In this document: in pieces, positions 26,630 to 34,704 of the stretch
Layout of the letters: every line of letters begins with the position of its first letter
Position numbering within the stretch: position 1 is the stretch's first letter
Source: an uncultured Brevundimonas sp.
Lineage (GTDB): Bacteria > Pseudomonadota > Alphaproteobacteria > Caulobacterales > Caulobacteraceae
Direction: 5' to 3'
Length of the DNA stretch: 64,000 nt
Assembly: GCF_937870815.1 (NCBI RefSeq)
Contig: NZ_CALMZS010000116.1
Span: 3,416-67,415, forward strand
The notes under the pieces: generated by a model
What the model saw: the letters and a program-made list of their open reading frames with translations, nothing else
What the model was told of the DNA's origin: nothing
Databases searched by the model: none
Made by a program: the position numbers and the translations under genes

Positions 26630-28303
26630 CTAACGCGCGGTCAGCAGGTTGGGGTCGATGAACTGGCGCGGGATGCCTGGGCCTTCGAAATAGGCGCCCA
26701 GCCACGAGCCGCCGCCGCCATTGAAATATTCGACGCGGATGGCGTGCTTGCCGGGCTGCAGATCGATGCTGCCGGCGGCGGTGATCACCCCGTGGTCGCC
26801 GTCGTTGTCCACGACCGTCTTGCCGTCGATGTACAGAATGCTGCCGTCGTCAGAGGCCAGCGAGAAGCCGTACGAGCCGGCGGCGGCGATGGTGATGTAG
26901 CCCTCGAAGACCACGGCGACCGCGTCTTCGCGCGGCAGTGTCAGCCCGTCGATGCTCAGCTCATGCGCTCGTCCCGTCGCCGCCGGCGCCAGGCGCGAGA
27001 AGTCGGGAAGCCGCACCGGGCCTTCCGGCAGCAGATAGACGCTGTAGGTCACGCCGCGCGGGCCGGCGCTCTCGTCCAGAATGCGAAAATAGCCGGTGGC
27101 TGGAACGCTGGCGGCGAGGCCGTCCACGAACAGGCCGGCGCGCACGATGGTGCTGCGGCTGATCTGGACCGGGCCGGCGTACAGCGGCGACGCGGCGGTG
27201 GGGATGGAGTTGTCCAACGTGTAGCGGACCTCGCCGGCTGCGTTGGGATTGCGAATGGTCATCCGCGCCGGCTGGCCGAGGAACAGCCCGCCCGAAGGTG
27301 CATTGCCGTCGCCCACGGGTTCGATGACCGGCGAGGCGTAGAAGCTGCTGGTCCGGTAGGTCTGCACCGGCGCCGGCTCGCCTGCCAGGGCAGGCCGAAC
27401 CGGACGGCCCAGCCAGGCATAGGGGATGTCCGCGCCCAGCAGCCAGGCCACGGTCGCGGGGGTGTCGAAGGTGTTGATCGGCAGGTCGAGCTCCACGCCC
27501 CGGTTGACGCCGTCGCCATAGGCGATCCACGGGATCTCCAGTTCGGCCGGCGTCTCCCCGCCATGCCCCTTGCCCACGCCGCCATGGTCGGAGGTCACCA
27601 GGATCACCGTATCGTCGGCGATGCCGGCCTCGACGGTGGCCTGCCGGATGCGGGCGATCAGGGTGTCGGCCTTGGCCACCGCCTCGTAATACTGTGGCGT
27701 GCCATGCCCGTATTCGTGCCCGGCGTGGTCGACATGATCGAAATGGACGAACAGGAAGGCAGGCCGTTTGGCCTTGATATAGCTCTCCGCCAGGGCGGTG
27801 GTTTCGTCCTCGCTCTCGCCGTGGACGTCATAGTCCACGAACCGTTGGTCATAGAGGTTGCCGAACCCCTCCCAATGATAGACCGAACCCACTTCCCACT
27901 CCGGATGCTGGTCCGTCAGGATCTGGAAGATGGACGGGAAGAAGCCGCCGGAGCCGGTGACCGAGGTGGGGAAGTTGAACTCGCCCACCTGCCAGTCATT
28001 GCTGGTCACGCCGTGCTGTTCCGGTCCGGCGCCGTCCAGGATGGAGGCCCAGTTGGCGCCGCTGGTGGTCGGCATCACGGCCCGCGCGTGCAGGCTCCAG
28101 CTGCCGTTCGCCATCAAGTCGTCCAAGGTCGGCGTGGCGGCGCGCCTCACGCCGTCGGGGCTCAGGCCGTCGACGCCGATGACGATGACGTGGCCGGCCG
28201 TCTGGGCGGCGCTGGGGGACGAGACGCCCAGGCCCGCCATGGCGGCGAGGAAGGCCAAGAGCAGCGCGGCGCCCTTGATCGACTGGTTCATGACACGCTC
28301 CAC
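26630..28303 (-). CDS. Secreted nucleotide pyrophosphatase/phosphodiesterase (alkaline-phosphatase superfamily) fused to a C-terminal PA14-like domain
   Basis: Signal peptide (GAALLLAFLAAMAGLGVSSPSAAQ). NPP core VIVIGVDGLSPD...MPTTSGANWASI (nucleophile Thr context)...FVHFDHVDHAGHEYGHG...VTSDHGG. The C-terminal segment SDDGSILYIDGKTVVDNDGDHG...RVEYFNGGGGSWL is typical of PA14. Confidence 0.8.
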   Translation of the reverse strand: MERVMNQSIKGAALLLAFLAAMAGLGVSSPSAAQTAGHVIVIGVDGLSPDGVRRAATPTLDDLMANGSWSLHARAVMPTTSGANWASILDGAGPEQHGVTSNDWQVGEFNFPTSVTGSGGFFPSIFQILTDQHPEWEVGSVYHWEGFGNLYDQRFVDYDVHGESEDETTALAESYIKAKRPAFLFVHFDHVDHAGHEYGHGTPQYYEAVAKADTLIARIRQATVEAGIADDTVILVTSDHGGVGKGHGGETPAELEIPWIAYGDGVNRGVELDLPINTFDTPATVAWLLGADIPYAWLGRPVRPALAGEPAPVQTYRTSSFYASPVIEPVGDGNAPSGGLFLGQPARMTIRNPNAAGEVRYTLDNSIPTAASPLYAGPVQISRSTIVRAGLFVDGLAASVPATGYFRILDESAGPRGVTYSVYLLPEGPVRLPDFSRLAPAATGRAHELSIDGLTLPREDAVAVVFEGYITIAAAGSYGFSLASDDGSILYIDGKTVVDNDGDHGVITAAGSIDLQPGKHAIRVEYFNGGGGSWLGAYFEGPGIPRQFIDPNLLTAR

Positions 28304-28346
28304 GAGGAGAAAAGTTCGACCAGCCGCACGACACGGCCGGCAGTCC

Positions 28347-28358
28347 TGGTATGTACCA
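28347..28358. promoter_or_regulatory. Candidate HutC/GntR operator TGGTATGTACCA (inverted TGGTA/TACCA arms)
   Basis: Read directly. It lies in the divergent spacer between the NPP-PA14 gene (start 28303) and the GntR gene (start 28474). An extra TGGTA half-site lies at 28362-28366. Confidence 0.4.
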
Positions 28359-28473
28359 ATGTGGTAAGCCGCGGTTGGCGACGCTTTCGTGAAAAGCGGT
28401 TGGCGGTTGCGTGGCGCCTTGACGTCGAACTGTCGAGGCCGGATCGAAGACGTGGTTCAACCCCAGGATTCGA

Positions 28474-29211
28474 ATGGCGAACGCCGTCTCAGCCCCGAAG
28501 TCCGAAGGCCTGCACTATCTGGGCATGCGCGACGACATCGCGGCGCGCATCGCCGCGGGCGATCTGAAGCCTGGCGACAAGCTGCCGTCCGAGCGGCGCC
28601 TGCAGGACGAGGTCGGCGTCGCGCGCGGCACCGTTCGCGCGGGCCTGTTCCAGCTGGAGGCCGAGGGGGTGATCTATCGCCGCGACCGCAGCGGCTGGTA
28701 CGTCTCGCCTCCGCCCGTCATCTATGACCCGACCCGCTGGGAAGGCTTCATGTCCTATGTCGAGGCGCAGGGGCGCAATCCGACGACGGAGACGATTTCG
28801 GCCGAGCCCATTATCGCCGACCCGCTGCTGGCTCAGGTCTTCTCGCGGCCGCCGGGCGCGCCGCTCTTCATGATCCGCCGCCGCCGCTACGTGGACGGCC
28901 GGGCCGTGCTGGTCGAGCGGATCGTCGTCGACGCCGCCCTCACGCCTCACCTGTTGCGCTTTTCCTTCGACCAGTCGCTGACCGACATCCTGAAAAGCGA
29001 GTACGGCATTTCCGTCTCCCGCAACCAGGTCAGCATGCAGCCCTGCGCCCTGACCGGCCAGGAGGCCGAGGCGCTGCGGGTGAAATCCGGCCTGCCCGGC
29101 CTGGCCGTCCAGCGCATCAGCTACGACGCGCAAGGCCGCGTCGTGGAGTTCGACCACGAGTACTGGCGTCACGACGCGGTGCGGATCAGCGTCGACACGC
29201 GCGTCCGTTAG
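28474..29211 (+). CDS. GntR-family (HutC/PhnF subfamily, UTRA domain) transcriptional regulator
   Basis: The winged HTH is GDKLPSERRLQDEVGVARGTVRAGLFQLEAEGVIYRRDRSGWYV. It is followed by a UTRA-like C-terminal domain. Confidence 0.85.
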   Translation: MANAVSAPKSEGLHYLGMRDDIAARIAAGDLKPGDKLPSERRLQDEVGVARGTVRAGLFQLEAEGVIYRRDRSGWYVSPPPVIYDPTRWEGFMSYVEAQGRNPTTETISAEPIIADPLLAQVFSRPPGAPLFMIRRRRYVDGRAVLVERIVVDAALTPHLLRFSFDQSLTDILKSEYGISVSRNQVSMQPCALTGQEAEALRVKSGLPGLAVQRISYDAQGRVVEFDHEYWRHDAVRISVDTRVR

Positions 29212-29447
29212 GTCAGGCGAAGCGGCCCCGGGCCGCCGCCGGCGGGATCCGACCAGGATGTCCGGCCCATCTCGATGTGGCCCGCCGCGCGCCACGTCTG
29301 GCCGCCCGTCTCGAACTGTCGATCATACCAGCCGTGGCTGTCCGCCGGCTCCAGCGGCAGGACTATGGCAGGCGTGAAGACCGCGGCCGCGCCGACCGAG
29401 GCCATCATCGCGGTGATGAAGCCGCGGGGGTTCTGGATCGTCGCCAT
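29208..29447 (-). CDS. Hypothetical 79-aa protein with hydrophobic, Tat-like N-terminus
   Basis: Strong third-position GC bias in my hand translation. N-terminus MATIQNPRGFITAMMASVGAAAVFTPA. It lies downstream of and co-oriented with the DeoR gene. No family recognised. Confidence 0.4.
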   Translation of the reverse strand: MATIQNPRGFITAMMASVGAAAVFTPAIVLPLEPADSHGWYDRQFETGGQTWRAAGHIEMGRTSWSDPAGGGPGPLRLT

Positions 29448-29498
29448 GGCATGCTCCCCGCCGGGTCCCGACGGCGCGCCGTCAGGACCCTGTCTGGA

Positions 29499-30311
29499 CT
29501 AGACCACAGAGACATTGCTTCCATGAGGTTCGCCACCCGGCTCCGGAGCGATGTGAACGCGCGTGTTCCACTCCGCGGCGACGCGCTGGACATCCGCCGG
29601 CGGCTCCCGGTCCGTCACCAGTTCCTGGACGTCCGCGAACGCCGCGACCTGGATGAAGCCGGACCGGGCGAATTTCGAGTGGTCCGCGAGGACGACGATG
29701 TTGCGGGCCTGTTCCAACAGGGTCTGCTTGAAGGCCGCCTCGTCGGCGTCGAAGTCGAGAAAGCCCCGCTCCGCGTCCACGGCGCCCATCGACAGGATCG
29801 TCAGGTCCGGCGCGAAGCGGCGGCAGAAAGCTTTGGCCTCCGCGCCGAAGGCGGCGTGATAGTCCGCGTTGACCGGGCCGCCGGCCAGCAGCAGACGCTG
29901 TCCCGGATTGCCCAGAACTTCGTAGGCGATCTCGACGCTGTTGGTCACGATCGTCAGGTTCCGCACATGGGACAGGCTGCGGGCCAGCCAGTGGCAGGTC
30001 GTGCCCGCGTCCAGCAACAGCGTCATGCCCTCGCTGACCAGCGCGGCGGCCGTCTGGGCGATGCGCTGCTTGGCCTCGGCATTCTCGCGCAGGCGCAGCC
30101 GATAGGGCGCCTCGATCTTGTTGCTGGTGACCGAAAGACCGCCGTGCACCTTCTGGACGACGCCGCTCTGGCCCAGCTGCCTGGCGTCGCGGCGGATGGT
30201 CTCCTCGGACACCTCGAAGCGGTCCGCCAACTCCGACACGGTCCAGAAGGTCTTCTCTTCAAGGAGTTGGATGATCGCCGCCAAGCGTGCGCCCTGGGTC
30301 AACTGCTTCAT
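29499..30311 (-). CDS. DeoR-family transcriptional regulator
   Basis: HTH MKQLTQGARLAAIIQLLEEKTFWTVSELADRFEVSEETIRRDARQL plus a DeoR C-terminal sugar-phosphate sensor domain. Start at MKQL (30311); the ORF track gives 30344. Confidence 0.85.
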   Translation of the reverse strand: MKQLTQGARLAAIIQLLEEKTFWTVSELADRFEVSEETIRRDARQLGQSGVVQKVHGGLSVTSNKIEAPYRLRLRENAEAKQRIAQTAAALVSEGMTLLLDAGTTCHWLARSLSHVRNLTIVTNSVEIAYEVLGNPGQRLLLAGGPVNADYHAAFGAEAKAFCRRFAPDLTILSMGAVDAERGFLDFDADEAAFKQTLLEQARNIVVLADHSKFARSGFIQVAAFADVQELVTDREPPADVQRVAAEWNTRVHIAPEPGGEPHGSNVSVV

Positions 30312-30589
30312 GGGCGCGTGATTCACCCGATTCTGAACGTCCATCCGGCTTCAATCTCACACGATGCCACGCATTTCAACGCGGCTTGGACGCTAACCCC
30401 GGCGAAAATGCCCTCAAAGACAGGGAAACTCACAAAAACCCACACGTTTCAACATAAATCCCTCAAAACGTCACAGGGCTGCAATCCACCGAGCCTATTG
30501 GACCCCTGTCTCGGCTGTGCGGCCCCGGTCCCAAGCCGATGGTCCGCGCGAACGAGCGAATTGGTCCAGACCAGATGTGGGGCACACAC

Positions 30590-33376
30590 ATGTTCAAGCG
30601 CATTTCCGATCGGGCCGCGCGCCCGAGTCTCAAGACCGTGCTTTTGGCCACCGCATCCGCGGTCGTCATCAGCACCACGACGGCTCCCGCCTTCGCGCAG
30701 GACGCCGTCGACAGCGAACTCGACGAAGTCATTGTCACCGGCTTCCGCCGTTCGCTCGGCGACGCGCGCGACATCAAGCAGGACTCGGTCATCGCGGTGG
30801 ACGCCATCGTCGCCGAGGACATGGCCAAATTTCCGGACCTCAACCTGGCGGAATCGCTGCAGCGTCTGCCGGGCGTGCAGATCACCCGTGAGGCCGGCGA
30901 GGGCCGCCGCATTTCGCTGCGCGGCCTGGGCGCCGACTTCAGCCGCGTTCAGCTGAACGGGATGGAGGTTCTGGGCAATGTCGACTCCGCCCAGGACAGC
31001 CGCGGCCAGCGCTCGCGTGACCGCGCCTTCGACTTCAACATCTTCGCCTCTGAACTGTTCTCGCGCGTCGAGGTCGAAAAGACCTTCCAGGCGTCGCAGA
31101 AAGAAGGCGGCATGGCCGGCACGGTCGGCCTGTTCACCGGTCGCCCCTTCGACACCGGTCCCGGCTTCCGCGGCGCCATGACGGCCAAGGTCGGCACCAA
31201 CGAATACACCGACGACGCCCAGCCGCGCGTCGCCGCCCTGCTCAGCCAGAACTGGGACAATGTCTTCGGCGTCTCCTTCTCGGCCGCCTACAGCCGCCGC
31301 CGGACGACCGAGCAGGGCCACAACACCTATAATTACACGCAAGCCGGCGCGGATCGCCTGCAGAGGATGGTCGACGACGGCCTGGACATCTCGAACCTGA
31401 CCGCGGCCCAACAGGCGAAATTCCTGTCCGGCGACCTGTATTTCGCCGACGGCAACCGCATCTCGTCCTGGAACGCCGAGCAGGAGCGCCTGGGCCTGAC
31501 CGGTGCAATGCAATGGCGGCCGACCGCGAACATGGAGCTGACGCTCGACGTGCTGCACGGCGAGTTCACCACCGAGCGGGACGAGCTGCATCTGGCCACG
31601 CGCCCGCTGAACGCGGCCGGTTCGATCGCCTTCGACGCCGCCGCGGGCGCCCCTTGGCCGGCGATGTTCCGGACGGCGTCGGTCATCAATGACATCGCGT
31701 GGGACGCCAACGACTACGTCACCATGACGGACGTGACCGGCACGACCTTCGGCAGCGAAAACCGCCGGTCGCGCAACGAGAACGAATTCAACCAGATCGT
31801 GCTGACCGGCAAATGGGACCTGACCGATCGCCTGACGATCGACGGTCACATCGGTTACGAGAAGTCGACCTATGAGACCCCCTATGACGACAAGCTGTAC
31901 ATGCGCGCCAAGGGCAACCTGATCGCCAACTATGGCGCGGACGGCCGCTCGGCGACCTTCGAATACCCGGGCTTCGACGCCACCGACCCGGCCAACTACG
32001 CGATGGACTCGTTCTACTACCGCGGCTTCCACAATGAATCGGAACTGCACGAGGGCGAGTTGAACGCGCGGTTCGAACTGAACGACACCTGGACCCTCAG
32101 CGCCGGCCTCGCCTATCACAAGTTCCGTCAGGACGGCGTCGACACCTTCTACGACGACAACGTCAACGGCACGCGCAGCAAGACGCGCGGCACCTCGGTC
32201 GCCGACATCGCCGACGTCTTCACCAACGAGTTCGGCTCCTGGCTGATCGGCAACTACGACCGGGCCTTCGAGAAGTACGGCGAGTACCACCGCTTCGGCC
32301 CCAACGCCGACGGCACGGGCGGCGCGCTGCAGGACATCGAGAACGTCTTCGAGACCACCGAAGAGACGATCTCCGGCTTTGTCCAGGCGGACTGGGACAG
32401 CGAGCTGATGGGCCGCCGCTTCCGCGGCAACATCGGCCTGCGCGGCTACACGACCGATACCCGCAGCGTCGGCTGGATCCAGGGCGACAGCTATGCCTAC
32501 CTGGGCACGTCCGACGTCGAGGGCAGCTATGACGGCGTCCTCCCGGCGTTGAACACGGTGCTGGAAGTGGCCCCTGACATCCTGCTCCGTTTCTCGGCCA
32601 CGCAGAACCTGAACCGACCGGGTCTCGGCTCGATGGCGGCCGAAGGCAGCGCCTTCCAGAATGAGGACTCCGGCGAGATCACCGCCTCGCGCGGCAATCC
32701 GAATCTGGAGCCCTACAAGGTCAACGCCTATGATCTGGGTCTGGAATACTACTTCGGCGACGTCGGCCTGGTCGCGGTCAACCTCTTCCAGAAGGACATC
32801 ACCAACTACATCGGGTCGATCCTGCTGGAGAACGTGCCGTTCAGCGAGACAGGCGTTCCGTCCGGCGCCATCCCCGGGGCCACGGAAAGCACGATCGTCA
32901 GCGAGTTCACGATGCCCATCAACATCGAGGGCACGAACACGCTGACAGGCCTGGAGCTGACGGTTCAGGCGCAGCTGACCTTCCTGCCGGCGCCGTTCGA
33001 CGGCTTCGGCGTGACGGCCAACTACACCAAGGTGGACGCCGACCAGGACCTGACCGGCTTCTCGCCCGAGAGCTACAACGCCACCGTCTACTACGAGACG
33101 AGCCGGTGGGGCGCCCGCGCCTCCATGAGCCACCGCGACACCTGGTTCAGCGGCTACAGCGATAATCCGATGAGCGCCGGCACGCGGGGCTTCGAAGCCT
33201 CGACCTACGTCGACGCCGCCGCCTTCTTCAACATCACCGACGACCTCCAGCTCACCCTGGACGCCGTCAACCTGACCAACGAGAAGGACACTCAGTTCTG
33301 GGGTCGAAACCAGTATCTCTACAATCAGAACCAGAGCGGAACGACCTACATGGGCGGTGTCAGCTACAAGTTCTGA
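30590..33376 (+). CDS. TonB-dependent outer-membrane receptor
   Basis: Signal peptide ...TTAPAFAQD. TonB box/plug sequence LDEVIVTGFRRSLGDARDIKQDSVIAVDAIVAEDMAKFPDLNLAESLQRLPGVQI. The C-terminus ends ...YMGGVSYKF. Confidence 0.9.
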   Translation: MFKRISDRAARPSLKTVLLATASAVVISTTTAPAFAQDAVDSELDEVIVTGFRRSLGDARDIKQDSVIAVDAIVAEDMAKFPDLNLAESLQRLPGVQITREAGEGRRISLRGLGADFSRVQLNGMEVLGNVDSAQDSRGQRSRDRAFDFNIFASELFSRVEVEKTFQASQKEGGMAGTVGLFTGRPFDTGPGFRGAMTAKVGTNEYTDDAQPRVAALLSQNWDNVFGVSFSAAYSRRRTTEQGHNTYNYTQAGADRLQRMVDDGLDISNLTAAQQAKFLSGDLYFADGNRISSWNAEQERLGLTGAMQWRPTANMELTLDVLHGEFTTERDELHLATRPLNAAGSIAFDAAAGAPWPAMFRTASVINDIAWDANDYVTMTDVTGTTFGSENRRSRNENEFNQIVLTGKWDLTDRLTIDGHIGYEKSTYETPYDDKLYMRAKGNLIANYGADGRSATFEYPGFDATDPANYAMDSFYYRGFHNESELHEGELNARFELNDTWTLSAGLAYHKFRQDGVDTFYDDNVNGTRSKTRGTSVADIADVFTNEFGSWLIGNYDRAFEKYGEYHRFGPNADGTGGALQDIENVFETTEETISGFVQADWDSELMGRRFRGNIGLRGYTTDTRSVGWIQGDSYAYLGTSDVEGSYDGVLPALNTVLEVAPDILLRFSATQNLNRPGLGSMAAEGSAFQNEDSGEITASRGNPNLEPYKVNAYDLGLEYYFGDVGLVAVNLFQKDITNYIGSILLENVPFSETGVPSGAIPGATESTIVSEFTMPINIEGTNTLTGLELTVQAQLTFLPAPFDGFGVTANYTKVDADQDLTGFSPESYNATVYYETSRWGARASMSHRDTWFSGYSDNPMSAGTRGFEASTYVDAAAFFNITDDLQLTLDAVNLTNEKDTQFWGRNQYLYNQNQSGTTYMGGVSYKF

Positions 33377-33399
33377 CACGATCGCCGGCCTAGACTGGG

Positions 33400-33423
33400 C
33401 GCCCCTCCTCACCGGGAGGGGCG
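33400..33423 (+). terminator. Stem-loop after the TBDR gene (possible attenuating terminator)
   Basis: CGCCCCTCC-TCACCG-GGAGGGGCG gives a 9-bp GC stem, followed by TCTCGTT. The T tract is weak. Confidence 0.4.
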
Positions 33424-33445
33424 TCTCGTTCCCGTATTCAGAGCC

Positions 33446-34084
33446 ATGATCGTTTCCCACCGCCACCAGTTCATCTTCGCCGCCGTGCCCAAGACCGGCA
33501 CCCACGCCGTGCGACAGGCCCTGCGCGAGCAACTCGGGGACGAGGACGTCGAACAGGTGGGTCTGTTCGTCGACAAGCGTTTCCCGTGGCAGGACCTGGC
33601 CGCCATCCGGCACGGCCACCTGTCACTGAGGCAGGTGCGCCCGCACCTCGGCGAGGCGGCCTTCGGCGGCTATTTCAAGTTCGCGTTCGTGCGCAATCCG
33701 TTCGACCGCTTCGTCTCGTACTGCGCCTTCATGCTGCGTGGCGGCGACATGTTCGAGCGCCAGCCGCGCGAGGTGATGCGCAACTTCCTGTTTGAGCAGC
33801 CGCCCGAGCAGCACATCCTGTTCCAGCCGCAGGCGTCCCTTCTGGTGGACGGGGATGGCGAGACGCTGCTGACGGATGTCGTGGGCCGCGTCGAGGACAT
33901 GCAGGGCTCGTACGACGCGATCTGCGCGCGCATCGGCATTCCCTCCCGGCCGCTGGACCGGGTCAACGGCACCAGGCGCGGCGATTATCGCCGCTACTAC
34001 GACCCGGCCCTGGTCGATGCCGTCGCCGCGCGCTACGCTCAGGATCTGATCCTGTTCGGCTACAGCTTCGAAGGCTCGCGATGA
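33446..34084 (+). CDS. Sulfotransferase (Sulfotransfer_2-like, carbohydrate-type)
   Basis: 5'-PSB loop FAAVPKTGTHAV and 3'-PB motif FVRNPFDRFVSY. C-terminal YDPALVDAVAARYAQDLILFGYSF. No signal peptide. Confidence 0.8.
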   Translation: MIVSHRHQFIFAAVPKTGTHAVRQALREQLGDEDVEQVGLFVDKRFPWQDLAAIRHGHLSLRQVRPHLGEAAFGGYFKFAFVRNPFDRFVSYCAFMLRGGDMFERQPREVMRNFLFEQPPEQHILFQPQASLLVDGDGETLLTDVVGRVEDMQGSYDAICARIGIPSRPLDRVNGTRRGDYRRYYDPALVDAVAARYAQDLILFGYSFEGSR

Positions 34085-34704
34085 GCGACGTCGAGCTGAC
34101 CCCCAATCCGCGCAAGACCACCCGCGTCCGCGCCCTGGGGCCAGTCGATATCGGCGCCTTGCAAGCGGCCGTGCGGGCGATCCCGGAGGCCGTCTGGGAC
34201 GCTGAAAACGCCGGCAAACCCAACAAGCTCGACGTGCTGGACGCCACGCGCCACATCGTCTTGCGTTTCATAGACAGCGGCCGTGACTGGCGCGCATCGC
34301 ACGACCGCCCGGCCTGGCCGGAATGGCGCGCCCTGCTGGAGCCGGTGATGGCCCAGGCCGTGGTTGGTTACGACTACGCACGCGGCGTGTTCCCCCGGGT
34401 GATGTTCGCCAGGATGCGGCCGGGCGGCGTGATCCATCCGCACATCGACGCCAATCCAGCGGCGAAGTGGCCGCACAAGATCCACGTGCCGCTGTCGACC
34501 AACCCCGGCGTGGTGTCCTTCTTCGGGGGCGCGGAGCATCATTTCCCGCCAGGCGAGGCGGTCGAGGTCAACAACCTGGGCCCGCACTGGGTGCGTAACC
34601 ATGGCGACACCGACCGCATCCACCTGATCTTCGAATATTACGACGCCGACCAGCCCGACCCGGCCTGGCTGGCGCCCTTCCTGCTGACGGGCGCCGCGCG
34701 GTGA
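34081..34704 (+). CDS. Aspartyl/asparaginyl beta-hydroxylase-family 2OG/Fe(II) oxygenase
   Basis: GGVIHPHIDANPAAKWPHKIHVPLSTNPGV...GEAVEVNNLGPHWVRNHGDTDRIHLIFEY. The ATG overlaps the upstream stop (ATGA). Confidence 0.8.
   Translation: MSDVELTPNPRKTTRVRALGPVDIGALQAAVRAIPEAVWDAENAGKPNKLDVLDATRHIVLRFIDSGRDWRASHDRPAWPEWRALLEPVMAQAVVGYDYARGVFPRVMFARMRPGGVIHPHIDANPAAKWPHKIHVPLSTNPGVVSFFGGAEHHFPPGEAVEVNNLGPHWVRNHGDTDRIHLIFEYYDADQPDPAWLAPFLLTGAAR

Noticed and set aside
26570-28567. 665-aa ORF on the plus strand
   Set aside because: It is antisense to the NPP-PA14 gene, whose translation has unambiguous alkaline-phosphatase-superfamily and PA14 motifs. The plus-strand product has none.
30449-33619. 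1056-aa ORF on the minus strand
   Set aside because: It is antisense to a clear TonB-dependent receptor gene. Its translation is Gly/Arg/Ala/Val/Asp low-complexity with no recognisable motif. This is a typical shadow ORF of high-GC DNA, where a GC-rich third position removes stops on the opposite strand.
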